Positions 36,968-48,101 of a stretch of 64,000 nt of DNA are shown here, one piece after another. The stretch's first letter is position 1. Each line of letters begins with the position of its first letter. The stretch is from Desulfobulbaceae bacterium (lineage in GTDB: Bacteria > Desulfobacterota > Desulfobulbia > Desulfobulbales > Desulfobulbaceae). The notes under the pieces were generated by a model, which worked only from the letters and a program-made list of their open reading frames with translations, did no database searches and had not been told where the DNA came from. Location: assembly GCA_034007705.1 (NCBI GenBank), contig JAVEQK010000016.1, forward strand, positions 5,893 through 69,892, given 5' to 3'. The position numbers were made by a program, and so were the translations under genes.

Positions 36968-39732
36968 GCGGATCCGGATCGGCAACAGCGCCGCCGGTCG
37001 TCCGGCTGCGGGAGGTGAGCCAGCGCTACGGCACAGCAAAGGCCCTGGACCGCGTCAGCATGGACCTGCCGGCAGGCTGCATGGTCGGCGTCATCGGTCC
37101 CGACGGGGTGGGCAAGTCCAGCCTTTTTGCACTGATTGCCGGTTCCAGAAAAATCCAGTCCGGCCGGGTCGAGGTGCTGGGAGGCAGCATGGCCGACAAG
37201 CGCCATCGCCTGGGCCTTTATCCGCGGGTGGCCTACATGCCCCAGGGGCTCGGCCGGAATCTCTACCCGACCCTGTCGGTATTCGAAAACATTGATTTTT
37301 TCGCCCGCCTTTTCGGCCATGGCCGGCAGGAGCGTGAACGCCGCATCGGTGAACTGCTGCGGGCCACCGGCCTGGCTCCCTTTGCCGGCCGCCCCGCCGG
37401 CAAGCTCTCCGGCGGCATGAAACAGAAACTGGGCCTCTGCTGCGCCCTGATCCACGATCCCGAACTCCTGATCCTGGACGAACCGACCACCGGCGTCGAT
37501 CCCCTGTCGCGCAGGCAGTTCTGGGAGCTGATCGACCGCATCCGGGCCAGACAGGCCGGAATGAGCGTGCTGGTCGCAACCGCCTACATGGAGGAGGCCG
37601 CGCGTTTCGACTGGCTGGTGGCCATGCATGGCGGACGGCTGCTTGACAGCGGCTCCCCGGAAGAACTTCTGAAACGGACCGGCGCCTCCTCCCTGGAAAA
37701 AGCGTTCATCGCCCTGCTGCCGCAATCGCAGCGCGAGGGCTACCGGCCGGTTGCCATTCCTCCCCGGGAAACGGAGGAAAACGGGGAGGCCGCCATCGAG
37801 GCCCACGACCTCACCATGCGCTTCGGCGATTTCACCGCCGTTGATCACGTCAGCTTCCGCATCGGCCGGGGGGAAATCTTCGGCTTCCTGGGCTCCAACG
37901 GCTGCGGCAAGACCACCACCATGAAAATGCTCACCGGCCTGCTGCAGGGCAGCGGGGGGCAGGCCCTGCTGTTCGGCCGGCCGGTGGATCCCCGCGATAT
38001 CGACACCCGGCGGCGGGTCGGCTACATGACCCAGTCCTTTTCCCTGTACGGCGAGTTGACGGTGCGGCAGAACCTGGTGCTGCATGCCCGCCTGTATTCA
38101 ATACCCGAACAGCGGATCCCCGGACGGGTGCGGGAAATGGCGGAACGCTTCGGCCTCGACGGGGTGATGGATTCCCTGCCCGACTCCCTGCCGCTGGGCC
38201 TCAAACAGCGGCTCTCCCTGGCGGTGGCCATGATCCACGGGCCGGAGATGCTGATTCTCGACGAGCCGACCTCGGGAGTGGACCCGGTGGCCCGCGACGA
38301 ATTCTGGCGAATCATGCTGGACCTGGCGCGGCGGGAGGGGGTGACCATCTTTATTTCCACCCATTTCATGAACGAAGCCGAGCGTTGCGACCGGATCTCG
38401 CTTATGCATGCGGGCCGGGTGCTGGTCAGCGATGCACCGGCGTCCCTGATCAAAAAACGAGGGGTGCAAACCCTGGAGGAAGCCTTTATCAGCTACCTCG
38501 AGGAGGCAGCGAAGGAAGGTGAAGCGGAACGTGCGGAAGCGGCCGGGGAAGAGGCCCCTGTTCCCGCGCCGCCGCAAACGCAGGTCCCGACCCGGAAGCG
38601 GCGTTTTTTCAGCCTGCGCCGCCTGTCCAGCTATGCCCGGCGCGAGTCGATGGAACTGGGCCGCGACCCCCTTCGCCTGAGCCTGGCCCTGCTGGGCTGC
38701 GCCATCCTGATGTTCGTCATGGGCTACGGCATCAGCCTGGACGTGGAGGACCTTGCCTTTGCCGTACTCGACCGGGACCGGACCGGTCTCAGCCGCGACT
38801 ACACCCTCAATCTCTCCGGATCGCGCTATTTCAGCGAGCGCCCCCCCATCCGCGACTACGCCGACCTGGACCGGCGGATGCGCGCCGGCGAGATCAGCCT
38901 GGCCCTTGAACTGCCGCCCGGATTCGCCCGGGACATCGACCGGGGCGCCCCGGTCAGCGTGGGCGCGTGGATCGACGGCGCCATGCCCACCCGGGCCGAA
39001 ACGGTGCGGGGCTATGTCCAGGGAATGCACAATCACTGGCTGACCACCCGGGTGCGGCAGGAGCGGGGCACCGGGGCGGCCGGCGGCCCGGTCACCATCG
39101 AAACCCGTTTCCGCTACAATCCCGACGTAAAAAGTCTGAACGCCATGGTCCCGGCGGTGATTCCGCTCCTGCTGATGATGATTCCGGCCATACTGACCGC
39201 CCTTTCGGTGGTGCGGGAAAAGGAGCTGGGTTCCATCATCAACTTCTACGTCACCCCGGTTACCCGGCTGGAATTCCTGCTGGGCAAGCAGATTCCCTAC
39301 GTGGTCCTGGGGATGATCAGCTTTCTGCTGCTGACGGGGATGGCCGTCTTCCTCTTCGGGGTTGAACTCAAGGGGAGCTTTTCCACCCTGTTTGCGGGAG
39401 CCCTGCTTTACGTGGCCGCCGCCACCGCCCTGGGGCTGGTGATCTCGACCTTCATGCGCAGCCAGATCGCCGCCCTGTTCGGCACGGCCCTGCTGACCAT
39501 CCTGCCCGCGATCCAGTTCTCCGGATTGATCGATCCGGTCTCGTCCCTGGAGGGTTTCGGCGCCGTGATCGGCCGGATCTACCCGACCACCCATTTTCTC
39601 ACCATCGCCAGAGGCACCTTTTCCAAGGCCCTTGGTTTTCAGGATCTTCAGGCCTCGTTCCTCCCCCTGCTCCTCGCCGTGCCCTTCCTGATCGGCCTGG
39701 GGAGTGCGCTGCTCCGGAAACAGGACCGCTGA
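36964..39732 (+). CDS. Fused ABC transporter: two ATPase domains plus an ABC-2 permease (RbbA/YhiH-like)
   Basis: Two Walker A motifs ([18 protein letters not shown]) and two signatures ([16 protein letters not shown]). The C-terminal part is a 6-TM ABC-2 domain. The start is at Met12 of the track ORF (ATGA overlap). Confidence 0.85.
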   Translation: MSGSGSATAPPVVRLREVSQRYGTAKALDRVSMDLPAGCMVGVIGPDGVGKSSLFALIAGSRKIQSGRVEVLGGSMADKRHRLGLYPRVAYMPQGLGRNLYPTLSVFENIDFFARLFGHGRQERERRIGELLRATGLAPFAGRPAGKLSGGMKQKLGLCCALIHDPELLILDEPTTGVDPLSRRQFWELIDRIRARQAGMSVLVATAYMEEAARFDWLVAMHGGRLLDSGSPEELLKRTGASSLEKAFIALLPQSQREGYRPVAIPPRETEENGEAAIEAHDLTMRFGDFTAVDHVSFRIGRGEIFGFLGSNGCGKTTTMKMLTGLLQGSGGQALLFGRPVDPRDIDTRRRVGYMTQSFSLYGELTVRQNLVLHARLYSIPEQRIPGRVREMAERFGLDGVMDSLPDSLPLGLKQRLSLAVAMIHGPEMLILDEPTSGVDPVARDEFWRIMLDLARREGVTIFISTHFMNEAERCDRISLMHAGRVLVSDAPASLIKKRGVQTLEEAFISYLEEAAKEGEAERAEAAGEEAPVPAPPQTQVPTRKRRFFSLRRLSSYARRESMELGRDPLRLSLALLGCAILMFVMGYGISLDVEDLAFAVLDRDRTGLSRDYTLNLSGSRYFSERPPIRDYADLDRRMRAGEISLALELPPGFARDIDRGAPVSVGAWIDGAMPTRAETVRGYVQGMHNHWLTTRVRQERGTGAAGGPVTIETRFRYNPDVKSLNAMVPAVIPLLLMMIPAILTALSVVREKELGSIINFYVTPVTRLEFLLGKQIPYVVLGMISFLLLTGMAVFLFGVELKGSFSTLFAGALLYVAAATALGLVISTFMRSQIAALFGTALLTILPAIQFSGLIDPVSSLEGFGAVIGRIYPTTHFLTIARGTFSKALGFQDLQASFLPLLLAVPFLIGLGSALLRKQDR

Positions 39733-39734
39733 CC

Positions 39735-40856
39735 ATGCGCGCCGCCAACGTCTTCCATTTCGGCATCAAGGAGCTGCGCAGTCTGCTGCGCGACCCGATC
39801 ATGCTGGTCCTGATCGTCTATGCCTTCACCTTCGCCATCTACACCGCCGCCACGGTCATGCCGGAAACCCTGCACAAAGCGGCCATCGCCATTGTCGACG
39901 AGGACCGCTCCCAACTCTCCGCCCGGATCAGGGACGCCTTTTATCCGCCCTATTTCCTGCCGCCGGTCCTGATCAGCCGGGCCGAGATGGATGCCCGGAT
40001 GGACGCCGGCCTGGACACCTTTGCCCTCGACATCCCTCCCAATTTCCAGCGTGACGTTCTGGCCGGACGCAGCCCGGCCGTGCAGCTCAACATCGATGCC
40101 ACCCGGACGAGCCAGGCCTTCACCGGCAGCGGCTACATCCATGCCATCATCAGCAGCGAAACCGCCGCCTTTCTTGAAGGACTCCGCACCAACCCCGTCC
40201 CCGCGGTGGACCTGTCCCTGCGGGTCCGTTTCAACCCGGAGCTGAACAAAAGCTGGTTCGGCGGAGTCATGAAGATCATCGACAACGTCACCATGCTCTC
40301 CATCATCCTCACTGGCGCCGCCCTAATCCGGGAGCGGGAGCACGGAACGGTGGAGCACCTGCTGGTGATGCCCGTGACTCCTTTCGAGATCATGGCCGGC
40401 AAGGTGTGGGCCATGGCCCTGGTGGTCCTGGCGGCCTCGGCCTGCTCCCTGCTCCTGGTCGTCCAGGGTCTGCTGAGGGTGCCCATCGAAGGCTCCGTCC
40501 CCCTGTTCCTGGCCGGCACGGCGATCCACCTCTTCGCCGCCACCTCCCTGGGGATCTTCCTCGGCACCGTGGCCCGATCCATGCCGCAGTTCGGCCTCCT
40601 CCTGATGCTGGTCCTGATGCCCCTGCAGATCCTTTCCGGCGGCACCACGCCCCGTGAGAGCATGCCGGATCTCATCCAACTCGTCATGCTGGCGGCACCC
40701 AACACCCATTTCGTCATGCTCGCCCAGGCCATCCTCTATCGCGGCGCCGGCTTCACCGTGGTCTGGCCGCAGTTCATGAGCCTGGCCCTGATCGGCTCTA
40801 TCCTGTTCATTTTCTCCCTGGCCCGCTTCCGGAAAACCCTGGCAGCCATGGCCTGA
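39735..40856 (+). CDS. ABC-2 type transporter permease (YhhJ-like)
   Basis: N-terminal TM helix, a periplasmic loop and five C-terminal TM helices. 2-bp gap from the upstream gene. Confidence 0.8.
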   Translation: MRAANVFHFGIKELRSLLRDPIMLVLIVYAFTFAIYTAATVMPETLHKAAIAIVDEDRSQLSARIRDAFYPPYFLPPVLISRAEMDARMDAGLDTFALDIPPNFQRDVLAGRSPAVQLNIDATRTSQAFTGSGYIHAIISSETAAFLEGLRTNPVPAVDLSLRVRFNPELNKSWFGGVMKIIDNVTMLSIILTGAALIREREHGTVEHLLVMPVTPFEIMAGKVWAMALVVLAASACSLLLVVQGLLRVPIEGSVPLFLAGTAIHLFAATSLGIFLGTVARSMPQFGLLLMLVLMPLQILSGGTTPRESMPDLIQLVMLAAPNTHFVMLAQAILYRGAGFTVVWPQFMSLALIGSILFIFSLARFRKTLAAMA

Positions 40857-41005
40857 ATCCAGCCCGATGGAGAAGACCGGATCGCAATGGTGCTCATCTT
40901 TTCCAGGTTCAGGCCCAGGGGCCGGACACGGTGATCGAGCCGGCGACCGGCTGCATGCGTCCGGCGCGGACAGCATGCAGGATGACGCTGGCGGGACACC
41001 CTCAT

Positions 41006-41021
41006 GATACCGTACGGTAAC
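41006..41021. promoter_or_regulatory. Palindrome GATACC-GTAC-GGTAAC (same family as 22963; putative UAS)
   Basis: 11/12 half-site match to GTTACC/GGTAAC. It lies about 190 bp upstream of the nap sigma-54 promoter. Confidence 0.45.
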
Positions 41022-41038
41022 AAACCCCCGGCAATTAT

Positions 41039-41054
41039 ATTACCCATCCGTAAC
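41039..41054. promoter_or_regulatory. Palindrome variant ATTACC-CATC-CGTAAC (putative UAS)
   Basis: 10/12 half-site match. It is offset 33 bp from the previous site. Confidence 0.35.
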
Positions 41055-41090
41055 ATTTCCTGACGGTTGAAAACCCCGGGACAATCCCTT

Positions 41091-41121
41091 GTCGGCGCCC
41101 CCTTTCCGCCGACACTTTTTT
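41091..41121 (+). terminator. Intrinsic terminator-like hairpin (probably ends the upstream ABC operon)
   Basis: GTCGGCG-CCCCCTTTC-CGCCGAC followed by ACTTTTTT. Confidence 0.5.
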
Positions 41122-41193
41122 CCCCGCAAAATATGAAGTGATATCGAACCGTTTCCTTGCTGACGGGGTGCTGACCGGTACCGCATTTGACCC

Positions 41194-41209
41194 TGGCACT
41201 GTTGTTGCT
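41194..41209 (+). promoter_or_regulatory. Sigma-54 (-24/-12) promoter TGGCAC-TGTTG-TTGCT upstream of napF
   Basis: Exact match to TGGCAC-N5-TTGCW, about 80 bp before the napF ATG. Confidence 0.7.
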
Positions 41210-41287
41210 ATACAATAGAACAAAGCTGATCAAACCGATTCACCGAACGGCCGGCAAGTGACCCGGCCCTTCACAGGACGCACCCCG

Positions 41288-41827
41288 ATGAATCTCACTT
41301 CGTACCTGGCCAACAAATGTCTGGCCTTCCTGCTGGACAGCGGCCCCGGCCGTTCCCGGCCGAGGCCGCTGCAGCCCATGCGACCCCCCTGGTCGGCGAA
41401 AAGCGCGGACTTCGCTTCGCTCTGCGACGGCTGCGGCCTGTGCATCATTGCCTGTCCGGAAAAAATCCTGGCCGGAGACGACAAGGGGCGCCCCCGGGTC
41501 GACTTTGCCGCCGGCTCGTGCACCTTCTGCGGCGCCTGCGCCCAAAGCTGCCACACAGGGGCGCTCTCGCCCGAACCGGCAGCCGCACCGTGGGCTGTGA
41601 AGGCCTTCGTTTCGCCCGGCTGCCTGGCCCGCAACAATGTCCTCTGCAGGACCTGCGCCGAGCACTGCAGTGGAGGCGCGATCATTTTTGCCAACACAAC
41701 AACCGCGGTCCCCGCCCCGGTAATCCTGTCCGGCAGATGCACCGGCTGCGGCGCCTGTTTCGCACCCTGCCCGGCCGGGGCCATCGTCATGCGGCCGGGG
41801 ACGCAACCAACTGAGGTGAGCGGATGA
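41288..41827 (+). CDS. napF: Ferredoxin-type protein NapF (4Fe-4S clusters)
   Basis: Cys clusters CDGCGLCIIACP, CTFCGACAQSC, CRTCAEHC and CTGCGACFAPCP. The start is uncertain: ATG 41288, or GTG 41258 as in the track. Confidence 0.75.
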   Translation: MNLTSYLANKCLAFLLDSGPGRSRPRPLQPMRPPWSAKSADFASLCDGCGLCIIACPEKILAGDDKGRPRVDFAAGSCTFCGACAQSCHTGALSPEPAAAPWAVKAFVSPGCLARNNVLCRTCAEHCSGGAIIFANTTTAVPAPVILSGRCTGCGACFAPCPAGAIVMRPGTQPTEVSG

Positions 41828-42054
41828 ACATATCCGGCATCGTTGTCCACGCCCGGCCCGGCGATTCAGCCGGCCTGGCCGATACATTGCAGCGGATGCC
41901 CGGCGTTGATGTGCACACGGTCACCGATGACGGCCGGATCGTCATCACCGTGGAAGATACGCCGGAAAACGAACCGCCCGAAACCCTGATGAACGTCCAG
42001 AATCTGCCCGGCGTGCTGAGCGCCGCCATGGTCTACAACTACTGCGACGAGTGA
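41824..42054 (+). CDS. napD: NapD chaperone
   Basis: 76 aa. [13 protein letters not shown]... is typical of NapD. ATGA overlap with napF, directly upstream of napA. Confidence 0.8.
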   Translation: MNISGIVVHARPGDSAGLADTLQRMPGVDVHTVTDDGRIVITVEDTPENEPPETLMNVQNLPGVLSAAMVYNYCDE

Positions 42055-42085
42055 TCGATACCCAACCGAGGAAAGGAGGGAAGCA

Positions 42086-44581
42086 ATGAAACTGAACAGG
42101 CGCGAGTTTATCAAGGCCAATGCCGCCGCAGCCGCCGCCGCGGTCGTCGGCGCCCACCTTCCGGCCGCCCAGGCATACGCAAAGGGACAGGACTCAATCC
42201 GCTGGGACAAGGCCCCCTGCCGCTTCTGCGGCGTCGGCTGCAGCGTCCTGGTCGGCACCAGGGACGGCCGGGTGGTCGCCACCCAGGGCGACCCGGATGC
42301 TCCGGTGAACAGGGGCCTGAACTGCATCAAGGGATACTTCCTGGCCAAGATCATGTACGGCAAGGACCGGGTCACCACCCCCCTGCTGCGCAAAAAAGAC
42401 GGCAAGTATGACAAGAACGGGGAATTCGCCCCGGTCTCCTGGGACGAAGCCTTCACGGTCATGGCGGAGAAATACAAGGAGGCCATCCGCACCGGCGGCC
42501 CCACCACCGTCGGCATGTTCGGCTCCGGCCAGTGGACCGTGTGGGAAGGGTATGCGGCCGCCAAACTGTACAAGGCCGGATTCCGCTCCAACAATATCGA
42601 TCCCAACGCCCGGCACTGCATGGCCTCCGCCGTGGCGGCCTTCATGCGGACCTTCGGCATCGACGAGCCCATGGGCTGCTACGACGACCTCGAGCATGCC
42701 GACGCCTTTGTCCTGTGGGGCGCCAACATGGCCGAAGCCCACCCCATCCTCTGGTCGCGCCTGACCAACCGCCGCCTGACGGCAAACCATGTCAAGGTGG
42801 CCGTGCTCTCCACCTTCACCAACCGCTGTTTCGAACTCGCCGACCTGGGCATGATCTTCAAGCCCCACACCGACCTGGTCCTCCTCAACTACATTGCCAA
42901 TCACATCATCCAGGCGGGCAAGGTCAACGAGGAGTTCGTCAGGCAGCACGTCAACTTCCGCATCGGCAACACCGACATCGGCTACGGCCTGCGCCCCGAC
43001 AATCCGCTGGAAGTCCAGGCCAAGAACGCCAAGACGCCCGACGACCAGGGCGGTTCCCGCGAAGCCGCCTTTGAGGAGTACGCCCGGTTCGTTTCCGAAT
43101 ACACCCTGGACAAGGCCCATGAAATGTCCGGCGTCCCCAAAAAGGACCTGGAAGCCCTGGCCGAAATCTACGCGGACCCGAAAACCAAGGTGGTCTCCTA
43201 CTGGACCATGGGGTTCAACCAGCACACCCGCGGCACCTGGGTCAACAACCTGGTGTACAACGTCCACCTGCTGACCGGCAAGATCTCGGAGCCGGGCAAC
43301 GGACCCTTCTCCCTGACCGGCCAGCCGTCGGCCTGCGGCACGGCCCGCGAGGTGGGCACCTTCGCCCACCGGCTGCCGGCCGACATGGTGGTCAACAACA
43401 AGGAGCACCGGGACAGGACGGAAAAAATCTGGCAGGTGCCCGAAGGGACCATCCCGGACAAGCCGGGCTACCATGCCGTGCTGCAGAACCGGATGCTGAA
43501 GGACGGCAAGCTCAACGTCTACTGGGTCATGTGCAACAACAACATGCAGGCCGGACCCAATGTCAACGGGGAAATGTATCCCGGCTACCGGAATCCGAAA
43601 AACTTCATCATCGTCTCCGACCCTTATCCGACGGTCACCGCCATGGCCGCCGACCTCATCCTGCCGACGGCGATGTGGGTGGAAAAGGAAGGCGCCTACG
43701 GCAACGCCGAGCGCCGTACCCAGTTCTTCCGCCAGCAGATCAAGGCCCCGGGTGAGTCGCGGAGCGATCTCTGGCAGCTGGTGGAATTCTCCAAATACTT
43801 CAAGACGGACGAGGTCTGGCCGGCGGAGCTGCTCGACAGCAACCCCGCCTACAGGGGCAAGACCCTCTTTGACGTGCTCTTTGCCAACGACCGGATCAAC
43901 AAATTCCCGTTGACCGACCTGCAGAAGGGCTACGACAACGATGAATCGACCCATTTCGGCTTCTACCTGCAGAAAGGCATCTACGAGGAATATGCCTCGT
44001 TCGGCCGCGGCAAGGCCCATGACCTTGCCCCCTTTGACATGTACCACCAGTCCCGCGGCCTGCGCTGGCCCATCGTGGACGGCAAGGAAACCCTGTGGCG
44101 GTTCCGGGAAGGATACGACCCCTACGTCAAGCAGGGGGAAGGGATCCGCTTCTACGGTAAACCGGACGGCCGGGCCGTCATTTTCGCGCTGCCCTACGAG
44201 CCGCCGGCCGAATCGCCGGACCGGGAATACGACCTGTGGCTGTGCACCGGCCGGATACTGGAGCACTGGCACTCCGGCTCCATGACCACGAGGGTGCCGG
44301 AGTTGTACCGGGCCGTGCCCGATGCAGTGGTCTTCATGCATCCCGATGACGCGAAAAAGCGGGGCCTGCAGCGCGGCCAGATGGCCAGAATCGCCTCCCG
44401 CCGCGGCGAGATAACCTGCCCGGTGGAAACCATGGGCCGCAACAAAATGCCGGAGGGCATGGTGTTCATCCCCTTCTTTGACGCGGGCCGTCTGGTCAAC
44501 AAGCTGACCCTTGACGCCACCTGCCCGATCTCCAAGGAAACGGACTTCAAAAAATGCGCGGTCAGGGTCAGCAAGGCATGA
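42086..44581 (+). CDS. napA: Periplasmic nitrate reductase catalytic subunit NapA (Mo-bisMGD, 4Fe-4S)
   Basis: Tat signal NRREFIK. 4Fe-4S motif [12 protein letters not shown]...C, and NapA-typical length and motifs throughout. Confidence 0.95.
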   Translation: MKLNRREFIKANAAAAAAAVVGAHLPAAQAYAKGQDSIRWDKAPCRFCGVGCSVLVGTRDGRVVATQGDPDAPVNRGLNCIKGYFLAKIMYGKDRVTTPLLRKKDGKYDKNGEFAPVSWDEAFTVMAEKYKEAIRTGGPTTVGMFGSGQWTVWEGYAAAKLYKAGFRSNNIDPNARHCMASAVAAFMRTFGIDEPMGCYDDLEHADAFVLWGANMAEAHPILWSRLTNRRLTANHVKVAVLSTFTNRCFELADLGMIFKPHTDLVLLNYIANHIIQAGKVNEEFVRQHVNFRIGNTDIGYGLRPDNPLEVQAKNAKTPDDQGGSREAAFEEYARFVSEYTLDKAHEMSGVPKKDLEALAEIYADPKTKVVSYWTMGFNQHTRGTWVNNLVYNVHLLTGKISEPGNGPFSLTGQPSACGTAREVGTFAHRLPADMVVNNKEHRDRTEKIWQVPEGTIPDKPGYHAVLQNRMLKDGKLNVYWVMCNNNMQAGPNVNGEMYPGYRNPKNFIIVSDPYPTVTAMAADLILPTAMWVEKEGAYGNAERRTQFFRQQIKAPGESRSDLWQLVEFSKYFKTDEVWPAELLDSNPAYRGKTLFDVLFANDRINKFPLTDLQKGYDNDESTHFGFYLQKGIYEEYASFGRGKAHDLAPFDMYHQSRGLRWPIVDGKETLWRFREGYDPYVKQGEGIRFYGKPDGRAVIFALPYEPPAESPDREYDLWLCTGRILEHWHSGSMTTRVPELYRAVPDAVVFMHPDDAKKRGLQRGQMARIASRRGEITCPVETMGRNKMPEGMVFIPFFDAGRLVNKLTLDATCPISKETDFKKCAVRVSKA

Positions 44582-44624
44582 ACACCGGGCAGGCCGAAAC
44601 CGGAACGTAAAATAACGGGATACA

Positions 44625-45398
44625 GTGAACGGACAACACAATACCAGCGGCGGCGGCCAACCAAAGGAACCGGCCCGGCGGCGGTTTCTCGCCGAAACCC
44701 TGAGCGCCGCCGCCGGCGCCCTGGTGCTGGCGGCAAGCCTCGGGCTGTACCAGCGATCCGCCGGGGCCCTGCCGGCTTACGCCTGCCGGCCGCCGGGGGC
44801 TCTGCCCGAGAAGCAGTTCCTCGGCGCCTGTCTGCGCTGCGGCCAGTGCGTCCGCGGCTGCCCCTATGATGTCCTGCACCTGGCCGCACCGGGGGGGGAA
44901 ATCCCCACCGGCACCCCCTATTTCGTTGCCCGGGAAAACCCCTGCCGGATGTGCGAGGACATCCCCTGCCTGAAAGCCTGCCCGTCCGGCGCCCTGAACA
45001 GGAGCCTGGCGACGGTTTACGAGTCAAGGATGGGACTGGCTGTCCTCCTGGATCACGAAAACTGCCTCAACCATCTCGGACTGCGCTGCGATGTCTGCTA
45101 CCGTGCCTGCCCGCTCATTGACCAGGCCATCACCCTCGAGGTCCAGGTCAACCGGCGCAGCGGCGTCCACACCCTGTTCATCCCCACGGTCCATTCCGAC
45201 CACTGCACCGGCTGCGGCATGTGCGAACACGCCTGCGTGCTGGACAACGCAGCCATCAAGGTGCTGCCCCTCAGCCAGGCCCGGGGCGAACTGGGCAAGC
45301 ACTACCGTCTCGGCTGGGAGGAACAGGAAAAGGCCGGCGGCTCCCTTATCCCCGAACAGTTGAAACTTCCTGTCCGGCGGCCGGAGGAACTGCCATGA
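44625..45398 (+). CDS. napG: NapG ferredoxin-type subunit (periplasmic, Tat signal)
   Basis: RRRFL Tat motif. Four Cys clusters ([46 protein letters not shown]). GTG start. Confidence 0.85.
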   Translation: MNGQHNTSGGGQPKEPARRRFLAETLSAAAGALVLAASLGLYQRSAGALPAYACRPPGALPEKQFLGACLRCGQCVRGCPYDVLHLAAPGGEIPTGTPYFVARENPCRMCEDIPCLKACPSGALNRSLATVYESRMGLAVLLDHENCLNHLGLRCDVCYRACPLIDQAITLEVQVNRRSGVHTLFIPTVHSDHCTGCGMCEHACVLDNAAIKVLPLSQARGELGKHYRLGWEEQEKAGGSLIPEQLKLPVRRPEELP

Positions 45399-46237
45399 CG
45401 GCCCGCATACCCGGCAGGGAGGCAATCCGGAAGAAAGGCATGGTGCGGGCCGCCAAGTGGCTGGCGCTCCGGCGCATATCGCAGCTGGCCATTCTCCTGC
45501 TGTTCCTGCTCGGGCCGTTGGCCGGCGTCTGGATCGTCAGGGGCAGCTTCTCCGCCAGCATGACCCTTGATGTTCTGCCCCTCACCGATCCGCTGACCGC
45601 CCTGCAGTCCCTGCTGGCCGGCCATACCCTCGGCGCCACCGCCCTGATCGGCGCTCTGATTGTCGCGGTCTTCTACCTGCTCGTCGGCGGGCGGGCCTAC
45701 TGCAGCTGGGCCTGTCCGGTCAACCTGGTGACCGACGCCGCCGCCTGGCTGGGCCGGCGTCTGGATCTGAAAAAAAGCATCGGCTTCAACAATACGGTCC
45801 GCTACTGGCTGCTCGGCTTCATTCTGCTGCTGGCACCCCTGACCGGCGCCGTTGTCTGGGAATGGGTCAACCCGGTGACCATCCTGCAGCGCGGCCTGCT
45901 GTTCGGCATCGGCCTGGGCTGGGCAGTGGTGGCGGCCATCTTCCTCTTTGACCTGCTGGTCGTCCGCCGCGGCTGGTGCGGACACCTGTGCCCGGTCGGC
46001 GCCCTCTACAGCCTGCCGGGGTTCCTGTCTCTCCTGCGGGTCAGGGCCGCCCGCCGCGAGCAGTGCACGGACTGCATGGACTGCTACAGCGTCTGTCCCG
46101 AACCGCAGGTCATCCGCCCGGCCCTCAAGGGAGAGGCCAGCGGCTCCCCGGTCATATTATCCGGCAACTGCACAAACTGCGGGCGATGCATCGACATCTG
46201 CCCCGAGAATGTCTTTCAATTTTCGCAACGATTCTAA
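45395..46237 (+). CDS. napH: NapH membrane quinol-dehydrogenase subunit
   Basis: 4 TM helices, CSWACP and CGHLCP motifs, and two C-terminal 4Fe-4S motifs ([24 protein letters not shown]). ATGA overlap with napG. Confidence 0.85.
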   Translation: MTARIPGREAIRKKGMVRAAKWLALRRISQLAILLLFLLGPLAGVWIVRGSFSASMTLDVLPLTDPLTALQSLLAGHTLGATALIGALIVAVFYLLVGGRAYCSWACPVNLVTDAAAWLGRRLDLKKSIGFNNTVRYWLLGFILLLAPLTGAVVWEWVNPVTILQRGLLFGIGLGWAVVAAIFLFDLLVVRRGWCGHLCPVGALYSLPGFLSLLRVRAARREQCTDCMDCYSVCPEPQVIRPALKGEASGSPVILSGNCTNCGRCIDICPENVFQFSQRF

Positions 46238-46249
46238 GGAGGGAACGGT

Positions 46250-46672
46250 ATGAAGAAAATAGTATGGGCTCTCTTTCTGCTGCTCTGTGCCGCCAGCTTT
46301 GCCGCCGCCGCTTGGGCTTCAACGGATACAGCCGCCAAGGGAAAAGCGGAACTGCCCTCCGGGACAGCGCCGGCTGCGGGGCTGGACTGGAAGGACGAAC
46401 AATCGGCCATTCCCAGGACCTTTGTCCATCAGCCGCCCCTGATCCCCCATGCGATTCATGAATACGAGACAACGACCTCGCGCAACGACTGCCTCGATTG
46501 TCATCGAACCGGTGATGACGCCCAGGCTGCTCCGCCCCACGAAAGCCATTACCTGGACCGGGACGGGAAAGCCGGGGAAACGGTCGCGGCCCAGTGGTAT
46601 TTCTGCACCCAGTGCCATGTGGGACAGGTCGACGCCAAGCCGCTGATCGAGAACACATTTCAGGGCAAATAA
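46250..46672 (+). CDS. napB: NapB dihaem cytochrome c
   Basis: Signal peptide, two CXXCH motifs (CLDCH, CTQCH) and NapB-like PPLIPH. Confidence 0.85.
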   Translation: MKKIVWALFLLLCAASFAAAAWASTDTAAKGKAELPSGTAPAAGLDWKDEQSAIPRTFVHQPPLIPHAIHEYETTTSRNDCLDCHRTGDDAQAAPPHESHYLDRDGKAGETVAAQWYFCTQCHVGQVDAKPLIENTFQGK

Positions 46673-46754
46673 AACCTCTCCCTGCCCGCATTCCAGGGCG
46701 CAGGGCGTTGCCGGCCGGAGAAGCTGAACGGAGCTGCCACCGGCCCGGGGGCTG

Positions 46755-47930
46755 TTATTCCGGCGGACTTTCCTCCTCCCCCGGGTCATCCTGCCCCCGG
46801 GCCGGCTGGACATTGAACTCCCGGATGAAAATTTCCCACACCGCCACAAACACCACTGCGGTCAAGGGGCCGAGCACGAAGCCGTTCATGCCGAACAGCA
46901 CGAAGCCGCCGAGGGTCGAGAGCAGAACGAGGTAATCGGGCAGCTTGGTGTCGCGCCCGACGAGGAGGGGGCGAAGGATATTGTCGGCCAGGCCGATGAC
47001 CCCCGCGCCGAACACAACCAGAATCACCCCCTGCACCACTTGGCCGACGGCAAACAGGTAGACGGCCACCGGACCCCAGATCAGGCCGGCCCCGACGACG
47101 GGGATCAGCGAAAGCAGGGTCATGATCACCCCCCAGAGCACGGCGCCCTGGATGCCCAGCAGCCAGAAGATGATGCCGCCCAGCGCTCCCTGGACCATGG
47201 CGACCACCAGATTGCCCTTGACCGTGGCGCGGGTCACTTCGGCGAGTTTGTCGAAAAGCAGTTGCTCCCGCTCATCCCCCAGCGGCAGGGCGCGGACCAG
47301 CAGCCTGACCAGGCCGGGTCCGTCGCGCAGCATGAAAAACGCCACGTAGAGCATCAGGGCGAGGCTGATCAGGAACTGCATGGTGCTCTGGCCGAACTGC
47401 GCGGCATTCTGCGCGATGTAGCGGCTGACCGTGATGGCCGCCCCGGATAGCTCCGCCTTGACCTTGTCGATGTCCACGTTGAAGCGGTCCAGGAAGTCCT
47501 GGACCACCGGGAAGGACTGTTTGATCGGGTCGATGAAGTCTCCGGGGTCGAGTGCCCCGCTCTGCAGGCGCTGATAGAGGGCCGCGCCCTCCCGGACAAA
47601 CGAACCGACCACGAACAGCGTCGGGACAATGCCGATGAGCAGGCAGGCGGCAAGCGTCGTCAGGGCCGCCAGGCTGGGGCTTCCCCAGAGCCTGCTCAGG
47701 CGGGAATGCAGCGGGTAGAACAGCAGGGCGATGACGCAGGCCCAGAAAATTGAGCCGAAAAACGGTTTGAGCAGGTAGAGGAACAGCAGCGACACCAGGG
47801 CGAGGATGAAAAGAAAGGAGCGCTGCTCCAGTCTTGCATGGTCATCCCGCCCCCGGTGCACATACTGCGAACCATCCGCCGGTTCAACCGGCCGGCCGGG
47901 GAGTGTCCCCTTCTCCTTGTCATTCGCCAT
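46755..47930 (-). CDS. AI-2E family transporter (PerM/UPF0118)
   Basis: 8-TM profile and typical length. The start is at MANDKEK, preceded by AGGAGGAG. The track ORF starts 54 nt upstream. Confidence 0.7.
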   Translation of the reverse strand: MANDKEKGTLPGRPVEPADGSQYVHRGRDDHARLEQRSFLFILALVSLLFLYLLKPFFGSIFWACVIALLFYPLHSRLSRLWGSPSLAALTTLAACLLIGIVPTLFVVGSFVREGAALYQRLQSGALDPGDFIDPIKQSFPVVQDFLDRFNVDIDKVKAELSGAAITVSRYIAQNAAQFGQSTMQFLISLALMLYVAFFMLRDGPGLVRLLVRALPLGDEREQLLFDKLAEVTRATVKGNLVVAMVQGALGGIIFWLLGIQGAVLWGVIMTLLSLIPVVGAGLIWGPVAVYLFAVGQVVQGVILVVFGAGVIGLADNILRPLLVGRDTKLPDYLVLLSTLGGFVLFGMNGFVLGPLTAVVFVAVWEIFIREFNVQPARGQDDPGEEESPPE

Positions 47931-48101
47931 TGGTCCCCTCTCCTCCTGATTCCCGACCCGTTCACCACATCCTGTGCCAGGCAAACGGCAACCGCCTGAT
48001 ATGGTTCAGCAGGAGTTTACCCTCCGATACCCTTCATGTAAATGAACATAACCGGAAACAGCAGCCTGGCGGCAACCTTCTGCGGGACCGGCAGCCTCCG
48101 G

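Noticed and set aside
19-44641. Many long ORFs in the track lie opposite or out of frame with the genes called above. Examples: 19-1059(+), 1176-2342(+), 2672-4411(+), 12546-15020(+), 19414-20658(-), 23852-25042(-), 25280-26392(-), 30845-32173(-), 34436-35662(-), 35659-37039(-), 38098-39594(-), 42194-44641(-).
   Set aside because: Their translations are Arg/Gly/Pro/Ala-rich, low-complexity and motif-free. Each overlaps a gene with unambiguous family motifs on the other strand or frame. This is the usual open-frame artefact of high-GC DNA.
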